A stretch of 43,810 nucleotides of DNA from a virus (lineage: Duplodnaviria; Caudoviricetes). This document shows, piece by piece, positions 33,948 through 42,991 of this stretch (within the stretch, counting starts at the first letter, position 1; each line of letters begins with the position of its first letter). The stretch lies in IMG/VR virus record IMGVR_UViG_3300036773_000157, positions 1 to 43,810 of that record. One strand, written 5' to 3'. Both the position numbers and the translations under genes were made by a program. Under the pieces are notes generated by a model. It was not told the DNA's origin. It did no database searches and saw only the letters and a program-made list of their open reading frames with translations.

Positions 33948-34388
33948 ATGGTCAGCTCGCTCAAAGGTGAGACCGGCTTCAGTATCGAGGGTCAGGAGTT
34001 TGTCCTGGTCTTCGACGTCTATGGCCTGTCGGCAATGGAGGGTCGCCTGGAACTGAGCGCCGGCGAGGTCGTCGCCAAGCTCAGCCAGAACCCGCCGCTG
34101 AAGCTGATCGCCGCGGTGCTGTGGACCGGCTTGCGCGAGCGCCACCCGAACATCACCGAGGAGGACGCCATGGCGTTCATCCCGCACATGGGGACGATCA
34201 TCAAGGCGGTGACGCTGTGCATCAACGCCATCTCCAGCGTGTTCCCGACCGCCGGGGAGGGCGATGACGCGGACCCTCGGAAAGCGGCGGCCGATGGGAC
34301 TGGCTCGGGCTATTCCGCACCTGGTGCCGTCTCCGCGTCGGTCCGCCGGACGCGTTCTGGAAGCAAACCCCGCGCCTCCTCGACATAG
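33948..34388 (+). CDS. Tail assembly chaperone (G-like)
   Basis: LVFDVYGLSAME, LWTGLRERHPNITEEDA; follows the tube gene. Confidence 0.8.
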   Translation: MVSSLKGETGFSIEGQEFVLVFDVYGLSAMEGRLELSAGEVVAKLSQNPPLKLIAAVLWTGLRERHPNITEEDAMAFIPHMGTIIKAVTLCINAISSVFPTAGEGDDADPRKAAADGTGSGYSAPGAVSASVRRTRSGSKPRASST

Positions 34389-34612
34389 CCCTGACCGCGG
34401 CGCTGGACGCCATGGACGATGACCGGCGGCAGGGGATGACCGAGGCATATTATTCCGGCGTCATCGCCAAGTCGGCGAAAACCCCGCCGCTGGAGGATTT
34501 CCTGCCGAAGAAGCGGGCGGAAAAGGCCAGGCCTCCTGCCGAGCCCAAGACACCGGAGCAGCTGCAGGCGGTGATGTTCCAGTGGGCGTTCGCGACCGCC
34601 ACGCTGCAGTGA
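34268..34612 (+). CDS. Tail assembly chaperone T segment (-1 frame extension)
   Basis: -1 frame open from 34268: WDWLGLFRTWCRLRVGPPDAFWKQTPRLL...PPLEDFL...KTPEQL. Confidence 0.7.
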   Translation, partial: RGPSESGGRWDWLGLFRTWCRLRVGPPDAFWKQTPRLLDIALTAALDAMDDDRRQGMTEAYYSGVIAKSAKTPPLEDFLPKKRAEKARPPAEPKTPEQLQAVMFQWAFATATLQ

Positions 34613-34651
34613 GGGAGTGGACAACCGCAAGCGGTGCATTACCTATAGGCG

Positions 34652-35134
34652 ATGCGCTGCTGGGCTGTATTCGGATTGGTGCTGCTAGGAATTTCACCAG
34701 AGGCCGCTGCGGCTAGCAATGCTCTGCGCATTGAAAGCCGCGTCTATGAGGCGGAAGGCGAGCCTTCCGGCCTAGCCCGTCGCGCCGTTGTCTGTATCGG
34801 GCAGATCGTCAAGCCTGGCCTAATCACAGCGCCCACCATTGTCGCGACGGACATTGCGGGCGGGACGGTCGTCGCCAATAGTTCGTTCCATTTTGATGAT
34901 TTGCATTTCTTCTCGACCCCTTACACCGTCCGCTCAACGATGACGTTCGAGGCGAAGTCGGGACGCTTCCGTATCGTTCACACCGATACGGCGGTGCTGG
35001 ACGAATCCGCGCTAGATCTCGGATGGGCGCCGGCCTACCAAAACGTCAAGCTTTACGGCGCCATAGAGGGCCGTCTCCAGAGCCTCAGTGGTCAGGTTGC
35101 CGCTTGCGTGAAGGCCGTGCCCGCCGACTGGTGA
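34652..35134 (+). CDS. Accessory exported protein (moron)
   Basis: Signal-peptide-like N-terminus (WAVFGLVLLGISPEAAA); more AT-rich codons than its neighbours. Confidence 0.65.
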   Translation: MRCWAVFGLVLLGISPEAAAASNALRIESRVYEAEGEPSGLARRAVVCIGQIVKPGLITAPTIVATDIAGGTVVANSSFHFDDLHFFSTPYTVRSTMTFEAKSGRFRIVHTDTAVLDESALDLGWAPAYQNVKLYGAIEGRLQSLSGQVAACVKAVPADW

Positions 35135-35148
35135 GACGCCCGGCGGCC

Positions 35149-35364
35149 CTAGGGGAAACCGGGTAGCGTCGGCATCGCGGTGGCTTGCTGATCGGCCGCG
35201 TGGACGATGAAGATGGCCATCCCCAGGCACCCGATGAACGTCAGCAGGCCGATCAGCTTGACGGCGGACTTCTCCGCCTCCGGCGCCATAAGCGCGATCT
35301 GAAATGAAATGCAGCCCAAGGCGACAACGCCCGCTGCGCAAATCCAGATCAAGATCTCCAGCAT
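35149..35364 (-). CDS. Small two-TM membrane protein
   Basis: Two hydrophobic segments; purine-rich SD upstream. Confidence 0.6.
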   Translation of the reverse strand: MLEILIWICAAGVVALGCISFQIALMAPEAEKSAVKLIGLLTFIGCLGMAIFIVHAADQQATAMPTLPGFP

Positions 35365-35450
35365 CTGCTCTCGCCTCTCCGTGACTGGGCGGCCCGGTCG
35401 CTACGAAATAGGTGTAGTCGCGGGTCGTCTTGGTTTTTGGGTATTTGCCG

Positions 35451-35816
35451 TCACGCGCGCTCCATGTCGCCGACCAATGCGGCGGCCGGGATGCGCCATT
35501 CGCGGGCCAGCAGGCGGATATTGTCGAGCGTCAACTCACGCTTTCCGTTCATGATCTCGGAGGCGCGAGAACGGGATCCAAGCAGGCCGGCCAGGTCCTT
35601 CTGGGTGCGGTCGCCTTGCTCCATCATGAACTTGAGCATGTCCAGTGGAGCGACGCGGGTCGCCGGATAGATCTTTTCCTCGTACTTGTGGACAAGGACC
35701 GCGAGGATTTCGAGGCGGTCGCCATCGTCGGTCCCGACCTCCGCGTTCCAAAGGCGGTCGATTTCGCGCAGCGCGGCTTCGTGGTCCGCATCGCTACGAA
35801 TGGGTTGGATTTCCAT
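35451..35816 (-). CDS. higA: HigA antitoxin (XRE HTH)
   Basis: IQPIRSDADHEAALREI..L, LEILAVLVHKYEEK, TQKDLAGLLGSRSRASEIMNGKRELT. Confidence 0.92.
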   Translation of the reverse strand: MEIQPIRSDADHEAALREIDRLWNAEVGTDDGDRLEILAVLVHKYEEKIYPATRVAPLDMLKFMMEQGDRTQKDLAGLLGSRSRASEIMNGKRELTLDNIRLLAREWRIPAAALVGDMERA

Positions 35817-35827
35817 AGCTGTGCTCC

Positions 35828-36130
35828 TCAGAACTGGGCGACGGTGGCGGCGTCGATGCGGTCGTATTCCGCATGCGTGCCGATGAACTTCACGAACGCC
35901 CACTGGCGCCCGAAATTGAACGAAACGATCAGGCGGTAGTCTCCGCCCGATATTTGAAACCGCGCACGGTCTCCATTGATCGCCTTCGAATTGGCGAAAG
36001 CGCGGACCACTTCGTCCATCGTGGCCCACTCGCCCGCCCGAAGAGCAACGATCCAGCGATCAACCGAACTCGTCACCACCGGATGCTTGGCGGCGTAGCG
36101 GCGAAGGGTGCGTTCGGTGACCAAGTGCAT
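35828..36130 (-). CDS. higB: HigB toxin
   Basis: RARFQISGGDYRLIV...FVKFIGTHAEYDRID. Confidence 0.93.
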   Translation of the reverse strand: MHLVTERTLRRYAAKHPVVTSSVDRWIVALRAGEWATMDEVVRAFANSKAINGDRARFQISGGDYRLIVSFNFGRQWAFVKFIGTHAEYDRIDAATVAQF

Positions 36131-36145
36131 GAACACTTTATACCC

Positions 36146-36190
36146 TGTTCCCAATTTTGGAACAAGCGATTTGTTCCAAAACGTGGAACG
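36146..36190 (-). promoter_or_regulatory. higBA operator pair
   Basis: TGTTCCCAATTTTGGAACA (36146-36164) and GTTCCAAAACGTGGAAC (36173-36189), both GTTCC-N7-GGAAC. Confidence 0.8.
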
Positions 36191-36265
36191 TCTGGGCTGT
36201 GCGGGTGACCCACCGTCCCATCCCCAACCAACGCGCGCACCGACGCAATTTCCTGGGAGCGGCGA

Positions 36266-39200
36266 ATGAGCGTATCCGACGCGGCCGTGATCGGCGCCCT
36301 GCGGGTCAGCCTGGGCCTGGACTCGGCTCAGTTCGAAGCCGGCCTCAAGGGCGCGCGCGAGAAACTGGGCGGGTTCAAGCACGACATCGAGAAGATCGAC
36401 CTCGGCGGCGCTCTGAAATCCGTCTTCGACACCTCGCGGGTGAAGTTGTTCGAAGAGGGCGCGGTTCAGCTCCGTGTATTCGGCAGCGCGCTGGAAAAGC
36501 TGGGCGGGATCGGCATCGCGGCCGGCGTGGCGATCGGCGGCGCAGCCTTGGCCTTCGAGGAGGCGAAGAAGGCGTTCGAGTCCGGTGACGCAATCTACAA
36601 GGCGGCGGAGCGTCTTCACGTCACGACGGACGCCCTGCAGGAGTTCAGGCTCGCCACCCGCGCGGCGGGCGGCGACATGGCCGGGGCCGACGCCGCCATC
36701 GGGGACTTCAGCGTCACGCTCGGCAAGGCGTCGGCGGGGCTGCCCAAATCCTTGCGGGCGTTCCAGGAACTGTTCGGCAAGAACTTCACCGCCGACGATG
36801 TGAAGCGGCTCGGCGACACCGGCGAGGCGCTGCAGACCATCACCGACAAGATCGCGAAGCTGGGCAGCAACACCCAGAAGGACGCGGTCATTCAGCAGCT
36901 CGGCCTGGAGGGCATGAAGCCGCTGATCGAGGGCGGCTCCGAAGCGATGGCGCATTTCCTCGAGGAGGCGAAGGCCTCCGGGCAGGTGATGGACAGCGGG
37001 GTGCTGAAGCACGCCCATGAAATGAACGATCAGTTCGAAAAGCTGACCGGCCGGATCGGCGTCGACCTCAAATCCGCGTTCGTCGAGCTCGGCCCCGCCC
37101 TGCTCAAGATCGTGGGCGCTGCGGCCTCGCTGGCCGACGAGATCGCCAAGATCGTCGATGCTCTGTCCAGCATCGAGAACAAAACGACGGCGGGCCTCAA
37201 GTCGAACATCGTCAACGCCTCGCAGCAACGCGACGACCTGGTGGCGAAATTCGGTCCCGAGACCTTCAAGGCGTCGCCGCAGCGCCGTGGCGTCCAGGTC
37301 ACCTTCGACAGCCTGAGCAAGATCATCGAGGAGTCCGGCGCCGAACTGTCCGTCCGGGCCAAGGACCAGCCGGCGGCGAGCGGCACGGCCAACCTGATCG
37401 ATACGACCAAGCATCATCAAAAAACCGACCAGTCCGACACGGCGATCGATGCAGCGGTGAAGGCGGAGCTTGCGGCCCGGCTCGCCCTGACCGGCGACAT
37501 CAACGAGATCGCCCGCATCAAGGGACTCGAGATCGACGCCGAGACCCGGGCCGCGCGCGACCGGCTCGCCCAGCAAGTGAAGTCCGGCAGCGTGAAGCCC
37601 GCTGCGGCGGCGAAGATCTCCGATCTGATCCAGGCCACGGACGACGAGAAAAAGCAGGCCCTCGCCCGCGAAACGGTGACGAAGCTCGATCAGCAGGAGA
37701 TCGCCCAGCGCCAGACGACGGCCAGCTATACCGACAAGATCGCATCGATCACGGCGGGGCTGGCCTCGAGCGCCGCCGCGCGCAACACCATCGAGACCAG
37801 GCGCCTGGCCAGCGACCAGGCCGACGAGACGGACCGGGTCTCGCGGGAGACCGCCGAAAGGGTCACCGCCGGCGAAATCGACGAAGCGGAACGCCAGCGC
37901 CGCCTGGCGCTGCTCGCCCAGGCTCAGAGCGCCGAGCAGGACGCGCAGGCGCAGCAGAACCGCCGGCGCCTGTCCGACGAAGCCGCCGCCAAGGACAAGG
38001 ACGCCCTCGCCCTCCAGACGGACATCCTCTCCGCCCAGGCCGCGTTGACCCAATCCGGCTTCGCGCGCGCCGTCATCGAGCAGAAGATCCTCCTCTTGCA
38101 GCAGGAAGAGGAGCGCCAGCACGTCGAACTGGTCGCCAACCGGGGGCTGGAGCTCGGCTACTCGGCCGAGGAGGTGCGGGCCGCGAAAGACCGGCTGGCG
38201 GCCCTGCCGAAGATCCAGGCGGATCAGCGGCGGCTCGCCGCGCAAAATATCAGCCTCGTCGATGCTGTAAGCGAGGCCATCAACGCGGTTGGCAACTTTA
38301 AGTCGGCCATCTCCAACCACGATTGGGCTGGGATCTTCAACAGTCTCCAGCAGACCATTGAACTGATCAGGTCGTCGTTCAAGGCGAACGGGTTGCTCGG
38401 CGGCCTCGCCACCGCCGGAACAGTGGCCGGATCGCTGATTGGTGGGAGAACCGGTAACGCCATCGGTGCAGGGGCCGGCATCGCCGGGCTCGGCATCGCC
38501 GCAGGCGGCTATCTGGCGTCCAGCGCCCTGGGGGCTTCTGCCGCCGCCGCCGTTGGTCAGGCCGCGTTGCTGGGCACCAGCGCCGGCCTCGCGCCGCTGG
38601 TGGGCACCCTTGCGGCGGCGCTGCCGGTGATCGGTATCGTGGCCGGCGCGGCGGTGCTGCTCTCGTCGCTGCTCGGCGGCAAGCCGACCAACGCCGGCGC
38701 CGGCATCGACCTGACCACGGGCGCGCTCAGCGGCGACAAGCGTACCTCGGAGACTGAACAGGCCGCCAAGACGGCGGCGGACGCGATCCTGCAGGGCGAG
38801 ACGGCCCTGAAGGCGGCCGGCATCACCCTCGGCCAGACGATCACCGGCCTGGTGGTCGGCACCCGCGACCAGTCGCAGATCTACACCTCGGCCGGCAAGA
38901 CGCTGAAGACCGCGGTGGGCGACGGCGCGGCGGCGGTAGAGGCGGCGCTGAAGGCCACGCTGGAGGGCGCGACCTACGTCGACGACACCCAGAAGAAGCT
39001 CGTCGAGTCGATGCTGGCGACCGGCAAGAGCTTCGACGAGATCAACACCGCTCTGCAAGGCTTCGCCGCCGCCCAGACCCTGAAGCAGGCCCTATCCGAC
39101 GCCATCCTCCAGATCACCGATCCGCAGGCCTACGACCTTTCCCAGGTCCAGAAGAACATCGACGACCAGGCCAAGCAGTTCCAGGCCGCCGCCGACGCGG

Positions 39201-40336
39201 GCTACATCACCGCCGACGCCCTCGCCGGCCTGACCACCCAGCTGGCGACTCTCAAGGGCCTGCAGATCGACCAGGTGATGGCGAAGTACGCCAGCGCCAT
39301 CGACCAGGCCGCGCAGAGCGCCGTCGACAACGCCCGCGGCGTCCTGCAGACCGCCTATGACGCCCAGGCCTCGGCGATCCAGGGGTCCATCAACCAGTTC
39401 CAGTCGCTGGCCGACGCGCTCGCGGCCTACCAGGACACGCTGACGGGGCAGGGGGCCACGCCCGCGGCCAATTTCGAGCAGCTGAAGCGCGACTTCCAGA
39501 ACACCTCGAGCCTGGCTGCCCAGGGCGATCCGGGTGCGTTGGGCAGGCTGCAATCGGTCTCCGACGCCTATCTGAGGGCCGCCCAGGCCGTCGAACCCAC
39601 GGCGGAGGCCTACGCCAAGGATCTTGCCGCGGTGCGCCGGTCGGTCTCCGACGCGCTGAAGGCCGACGAGGCGCAGATCAATTACCAGAGGGCCCAGCTC
39701 GACGCCCTGAACAAGGAAGTCGACGGCCTGCTGACGGTGAACACCAGCGTGCTGTCGGTGAGGGACGCCGTGGTGGCGCTGCAGGCCGCCCTGGCGGCGC
39801 TGGGCTCCAGGGGGGCCGCCGCCGGCGTTCCCGCGTCCTTCGGCCAGCCGGGCACGGCGCAGTTCGCGGTGAGCGCCCTGGCGGCGCTGGGCCCGACGGC
39901 CGCCGCCGGGCCGTTCGACGCGGGCAAATACCTCGCCGACAACAAGGACGTGGCCAAATACGCCGCCGACCACGGGCTGGATCCTGCAGCCTTCGCCGCC
40001 CAGCACTACGCCGGCACCGGCCAGTTCGAGATCGCCGCCGGCCTGCGCAAGTTCGCCGGCGGCGGCCAGTTTAAGGTCGGCGGCGTCGGCGGCGTGGACA
40101 GCCAGCTGGTGCAGTTCATGGCCAGCCCGAACGAGACGGTGACGGTCGCTAATCCGGGGCAGGATTGGGGCGGGACCGGGAGTGCGGCGATGGCCGGAGC
40201 GATCGCCCAGCTTTCCCAGCGGATCGCGGCCAACGAGACGCACGCCGCCAAGACCGCCAGACGCATCGACGACCTGTTCCTTCTGATGCGCCGGGTGACC
40301 CGCGACGGGGATTCGCTGGTGACGGTCGCCGCCTGA
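36266..40336 (+). CDS. Tail tape measure protein
   Basis: 1356 aa, helical Ala-rich; VIGALRVSLGLDSAQFEAGL start; FAGGGQFKVGG..G.DSQLV C-terminus. Confidence 0.93.
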   Translation: MSVSDAAVIGALRVSLGLDSAQFEAGLKGAREKLGGFKHDIEKIDLGGALKSVFDTSRVKLFEEGAVQLRVFGSALEKLGGIGIAAGVAIGGAALAFEEAKKAFESGDAIYKAAERLHVTTDALQEFRLATRAAGGDMAGADAAIGDFSVTLGKASAGLPKSLRAFQELFGKNFTADDVKRLGDTGEALQTITDKIAKLGSNTQKDAVIQQLGLEGMKPLIEGGSEAMAHFLEEAKASGQVMDSGVLKHAHEMNDQFEKLTGRIGVDLKSAFVELGPALLKIVGAAASLADEIAKIVDALSSIENKTTAGLKSNIVNASQQRDDLVAKFGPETFKASPQRRGVQVTFDSLSKIIEESGAELSVRAKDQPAASGTANLIDTTKHHQKTDQSDTAIDAAVKAELAARLALTGDINEIARIKGLEIDAETRAARDRLAQQVKSGSVKPAAAAKISDLIQATDDEKKQALARETVTKLDQQEIAQRQTTASYTDKIASITAGLASSAAARNTIETRRLASDQADETDRVSRETAERVTAGEIDEAERQRRLALLAQAQSAEQDAQAQQNRRRLSDEAAAKDKDALALQTDILSAQAALTQSGFARAVIEQKILLLQQEEERQHVELVANRGLELGYSAEEVRAAKDRLAALPKIQADQRRLAAQNISLVDAVSEAINAVGNFKSAISNHDWAGIFNSLQQTIELIRSSFKANGLLGGLATAGTVAGSLIGGRTGNAIGAGAGIAGLGIAAGGYLASSALGASAAAAVGQAALLGTSAGLAPLVGTLAAALPVIGIVAGAAVLLSSLLGGKPTNAGAGIDLTTGALSGDKRTSETEQAAKTAADAILQGETALKAAGITLGQTITGLVVGTRDQSQIYTSAGKTLKTAVGDGAAAVEAALKATLEGATYVDDTQKKLVESMLATGKSFDEINTALQGFAAAQTLKQALSDAILQITDPQAYDLSQVQKNIDDQAKQFQAAADAGYITADALAGLTTQLATLKGLQIDQVMAKYASAIDQAAQSAVDNARGVLQTAYDAQASAIQGSINQFQSLADALAAYQDTLTGQGATPAANFEQLKRDFQNTSSLAAQGDPGALGRLQSVSDAYLRAAQAVEPTAEAYAKDLAAVRRSVSDALKADEAQINYQRAQLDALNKEVDGLLTVNTSVLSVRDAVVALQAALAALGSRGAAAGVPASFGQPGTAQFAVSALAALGPTAAAGPFDAGKYLADNKDVAKYAADHGLDPAAFAAQHYAGTGQFEIAAGLRKFAGGGQFKVGGVGGVDSQLVQFMASPNETVTVANPGQDWGGTGSAAMAGAIAQLSQRIAANETHAAKTARRIDDLFLLMRRVTRDGDSLVTVAA

Positions 40337-41385
40337 TGCGCGTCCTGCCGCCGCTCACGATCACCGACGCATTGCTGACCTCGTCCACCGTCCCTGAACT
40401 CGCCCCTGCGGCCTATGCGGGCGGCACGACCTACGCCCTGGGCGATCAGGTCAGCGTCGCCGCCGGGCTGATCCTCACCGTCTACCAGTCGCTGCAGGCC
40501 GGCAACGTCGGCCACACTCCGGCCTCCTCGCCGACATGGTGGGTGTCGCTGGGCACGACTTACGCGCCCTGGAGCTCCGGAACGACCTACGCTGTGGGCG
40601 ATGTCGTGCTCGATGCGACGAACCACGTCGAATACACCAGCCTCGCCGCCTCGAACCTCAACCACGCCGTGACCGACACGGCCTGGTGGTTGTCGGCCAC
40701 CTCAAACCGCTGGCGGATGTTCGATCTGCTGCGCAACACCGGCGCCACCGGTCCGTCGCCGATGACGGTGGTGATCACGCCCGGCCAGCGGATCGACTCC
40801 GTTGGCCTGGTCGGTCTGGTCGCCGACAGCGCAACCGTCACCCTCACCGTCGCCGGGATGACCGTCTATTCCAAGACGATCAACCTGTCGTCGCGCAACA
40901 CCACCAGCTGGTACACCTACTTCTTCGGCGCGTTCACCTTCAAGTCCGTCGTCGGCCTGTTCGACCTGCCGCCCTACACCAACGGCGTGGTCTCGGTGAC
41001 CCTGACACGGGCCGGCGGCCTCGTTACCTGCGGCGGCTTGCTGGTCGGGACCTCGGTCTATCTGGGCCGCACGCTCTACAACCCCGACAATGATGCGCTG
41101 AACTTCTCGACCATCGACCGAGACCTGTTCGGCAACGCCACGCTGGTGCAGCGCCGGACGGTCCCCAAGGTCAACGTCCAGATCCGCGCGACCAAGGCCA
41201 GCGTCAACAGCGCCATCGCCCTGCGCACGCTGCTGAACGCCGTGCCAGCGCTGTGGTCGGGCCTCGACGACAGTGAGGACGCCTATTTCGAGCCCCTACT
41301 GATCCTGGGCGTCTACAAGCGGTTCACCGTCAACATGGACCTGCCCGACTACGCCCTGATTACGTTGGAATTAGAGGAAGTGTAG
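40336..41385 (+). CDS. Tail tip protein with carbohydrate-binding-like inserts
   Basis: TGATG overlap with TMP; AYAGGTTYALGDQV and WSSGTTYAVGDVV repeats; NRWRMFD; FSTIDRDLFGN. Confidence 0.75.
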   Translation: MRVLPPLTITDALLTSSTVPELAPAAYAGGTTYALGDQVSVAAGLILTVYQSLQAGNVGHTPASSPTWWVSLGTTYAPWSSGTTYAVGDVVLDATNHVEYTSLAASNLNHAVTDTAWWLSATSNRWRMFDLLRNTGATGPSPMTVVITPGQRIDSVGLVGLVADSATVTLTVAGMTVYSKTINLSSRNTTSWYTYFFGAFTFKSVVGLFDLPPYTNGVVSVTLTRAGGLVTCGGLLVGTSVYLGRTLYNPDNDALNFSTIDRDLFGNATLVQRRTVPKVNVQIRATKASVNSAIALRTLLNAVPALWSGLDDSEDAYFEPLLILGVYKRFTVNMDLPDYALITLELEEV

Positions 41386-41388
41386 CCC

Positions 41389-42264
41389 GTGCCGACGCTG
41401 ACCACGCCTCCCTCCAGCAGCGATCCGACCACCTTCGACGCCCGCGGTGACGCCTTTCTGGGCGAGCTCCCGGCCTTCGAGGTGGAAATGCTGGCGGTCG
41501 GCGCCCAGGCGACCGCCGACGCCGCCACGGCTTCTGCCGCCTCCGCGTCCGCGGCGGCCAACGCCACCATCGCCAGTAACGCCGCCTCGGCCGCCGCGGC
41601 CAGCGCCACGACGCAGACCACCTCCGCCACCAGCCTGACGATCACCAACGGCGCCTCGCGGACCTTCCTGGGCGTCTCGGGAAGCCTGACCCTGGTCAAG
41701 GGCATGTACATGCTGGCCGCCTCCTCGGCCAATCCCGACACCTACTGGATGTCGGGCCGGGTGCTGAGCTATTCCGGCACGACGCTCGTGGTCTCCATGG
41801 ACAACGCCTATGTAGCGAACCTGGGGGCGGCCAGGGCCGACTGGGTCATTTCCCTCGCAGTGGCCGGCGGGCGCCCCTCCGCGGTCCCGGCGGATGTCTA
41901 TGCGGCCACGGCCGGCGTGTCCCTGGACCCGGCCACGCTGATCGCGGGGACGGCCCCGCAATCGGTCACCTATGCCTCGACCATCGCCTGGGACGTCGCC
42001 ACCAAGGGCTATTCGATCAAGGCGACGCTGACCGGCGACATCGTCATCGGCGCGCCCTCGGTGCTGCGCGACGGGATGACCTATCGCATCAAGCTGAAGC
42101 AGGACGGGGCCGGCGGCCACGCCCCGACCTTCAACGCCATCTACAACTGGGGCGACGCCGGCGTGCCGGACGTCAATACCGGCGCGAATGTCGTCTCGAT
42201 CTTCGCGGGCGACTATGACGCCGACGACGGCGTGATCTACATGAACCATCGCCGCGGGGCCTAG
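41389..42264 (+). CDS. Tail fibre/tip-associated protein
   Basis: PPSSSDPTTFDAR.DAFL N-terminus, Ala/Ser stalk, C-terminal IAWD...LKQDGAGG beta domain. Confidence 0.65.
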   Translation: MPTLTTPPSSSDPTTFDARGDAFLGELPAFEVEMLAVGAQATADAATASAASASAAANATIASNAASAAAASATTQTTSATSLTITNGASRTFLGVSGSLTLVKGMYMLAASSANPDTYWMSGRVLSYSGTTLVVSMDNAYVANLGAARADWVISLAVAGGRPSAVPADVYAATAGVSLDPATLIAGTAPQSVTYASTIAWDVATKGYSIKATLTGDIVIGAPSVLRDGMTYRIKLKQDGAGGHAPTFNAIYNWGDAGVPDVNTGANVVSIFAGDYDADDGVIYMNHRRGA

Positions 42265-42969
42265 ATGTTCCCGTTCTTCCAGCCGTGTCTGCTCGCGGGC
42301 GCCGGCTTCACGCGGCCATCGACTCCCGTCGCCGGCGGCGCCCGCAACAACGCCACGGAGAGCACCGCGCTCAATCTCGCCGGCGCGGCGGTCGGCGATT
42401 ACATCCTGTTCTTCGCCGTCGCGGCTGCGGCGACGATCTCCGGCGGCGACGGGGCCTGGGAAATCGCCAGCACGCCGATCCGCAAGCTCAGCAAGCGGCT
42501 GACGGCGGCCGATCTGGCGGCCGGCGCGCTCACCTGCGGTTTCTACCCGTGGGCGTTCGCCGTCTACCGCAAGCCTCGCGGGCATCAACAGGCGGCTACC
42601 GCCACCGTCGCCAACGCCGACCTGGTCGTCCCCGGGTTTAGCAAGAGCAGCCACTCGGCCGGCGTCGTCGCGGCCGTGCACACCTCGGGGCCGTTTACGG
42701 CGCTGGCCGCGCCAAGCGGATGGACGGCGCGGCAGACCGCGGCGGATGGCGGCGGGTTCGCCTACGACGTGATCGCCATCTACGACCTGCTGTCGCCGGG
42801 GATCTACGTCAACGGGACGTCGGTGACGTTCACTCCGGGCACGGGCAAGGCGCTGACCGGCTGCCTGGAGGAGCTACTGAACTCCGGCTCAGGCGGCGGC
42901 GCAGGCCCCGGCGGTCCGGAAGGGACCACCGACTTTTCCGAAGCCGGCAACCCACTGATGGGCGTCTAA
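42265..42969 (+). CDS. Tail-region hypothetical protein
   Basis: Abuts the previous stop; beta-rich Gly/Ala/Thr composition. Confidence 0.6.
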   Translation: MFPFFQPCLLAGAGFTRPSTPVAGGARNNATESTALNLAGAAVGDYILFFAVAAAATISGGDGAWEIASTPIRKLSKRLTAADLAAGALTCGFYPWAFAVYRKPRGHQQAATATVANADLVVPGFSKSSHSAGVVAAVHTSGPFTALAAPSGWTARQTAADGGGFAYDVIAIYDLLSPGIYVNGTSVTFTPGTGKALTGCLEELLNSGSGGGAGPGGPEGTTDFSEAGNPLMGV

Positions 42970-42991
42970 CGTTTCCACTCTGAAAGGCTCC

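Noticed and set aside
36131-39058. 1076-aa minus-strand ORF ending in higB
   Set aside because: The upstream part is the antisense shadow of the tape measure gene; HigB begins at ATG 36130, next to its operators.
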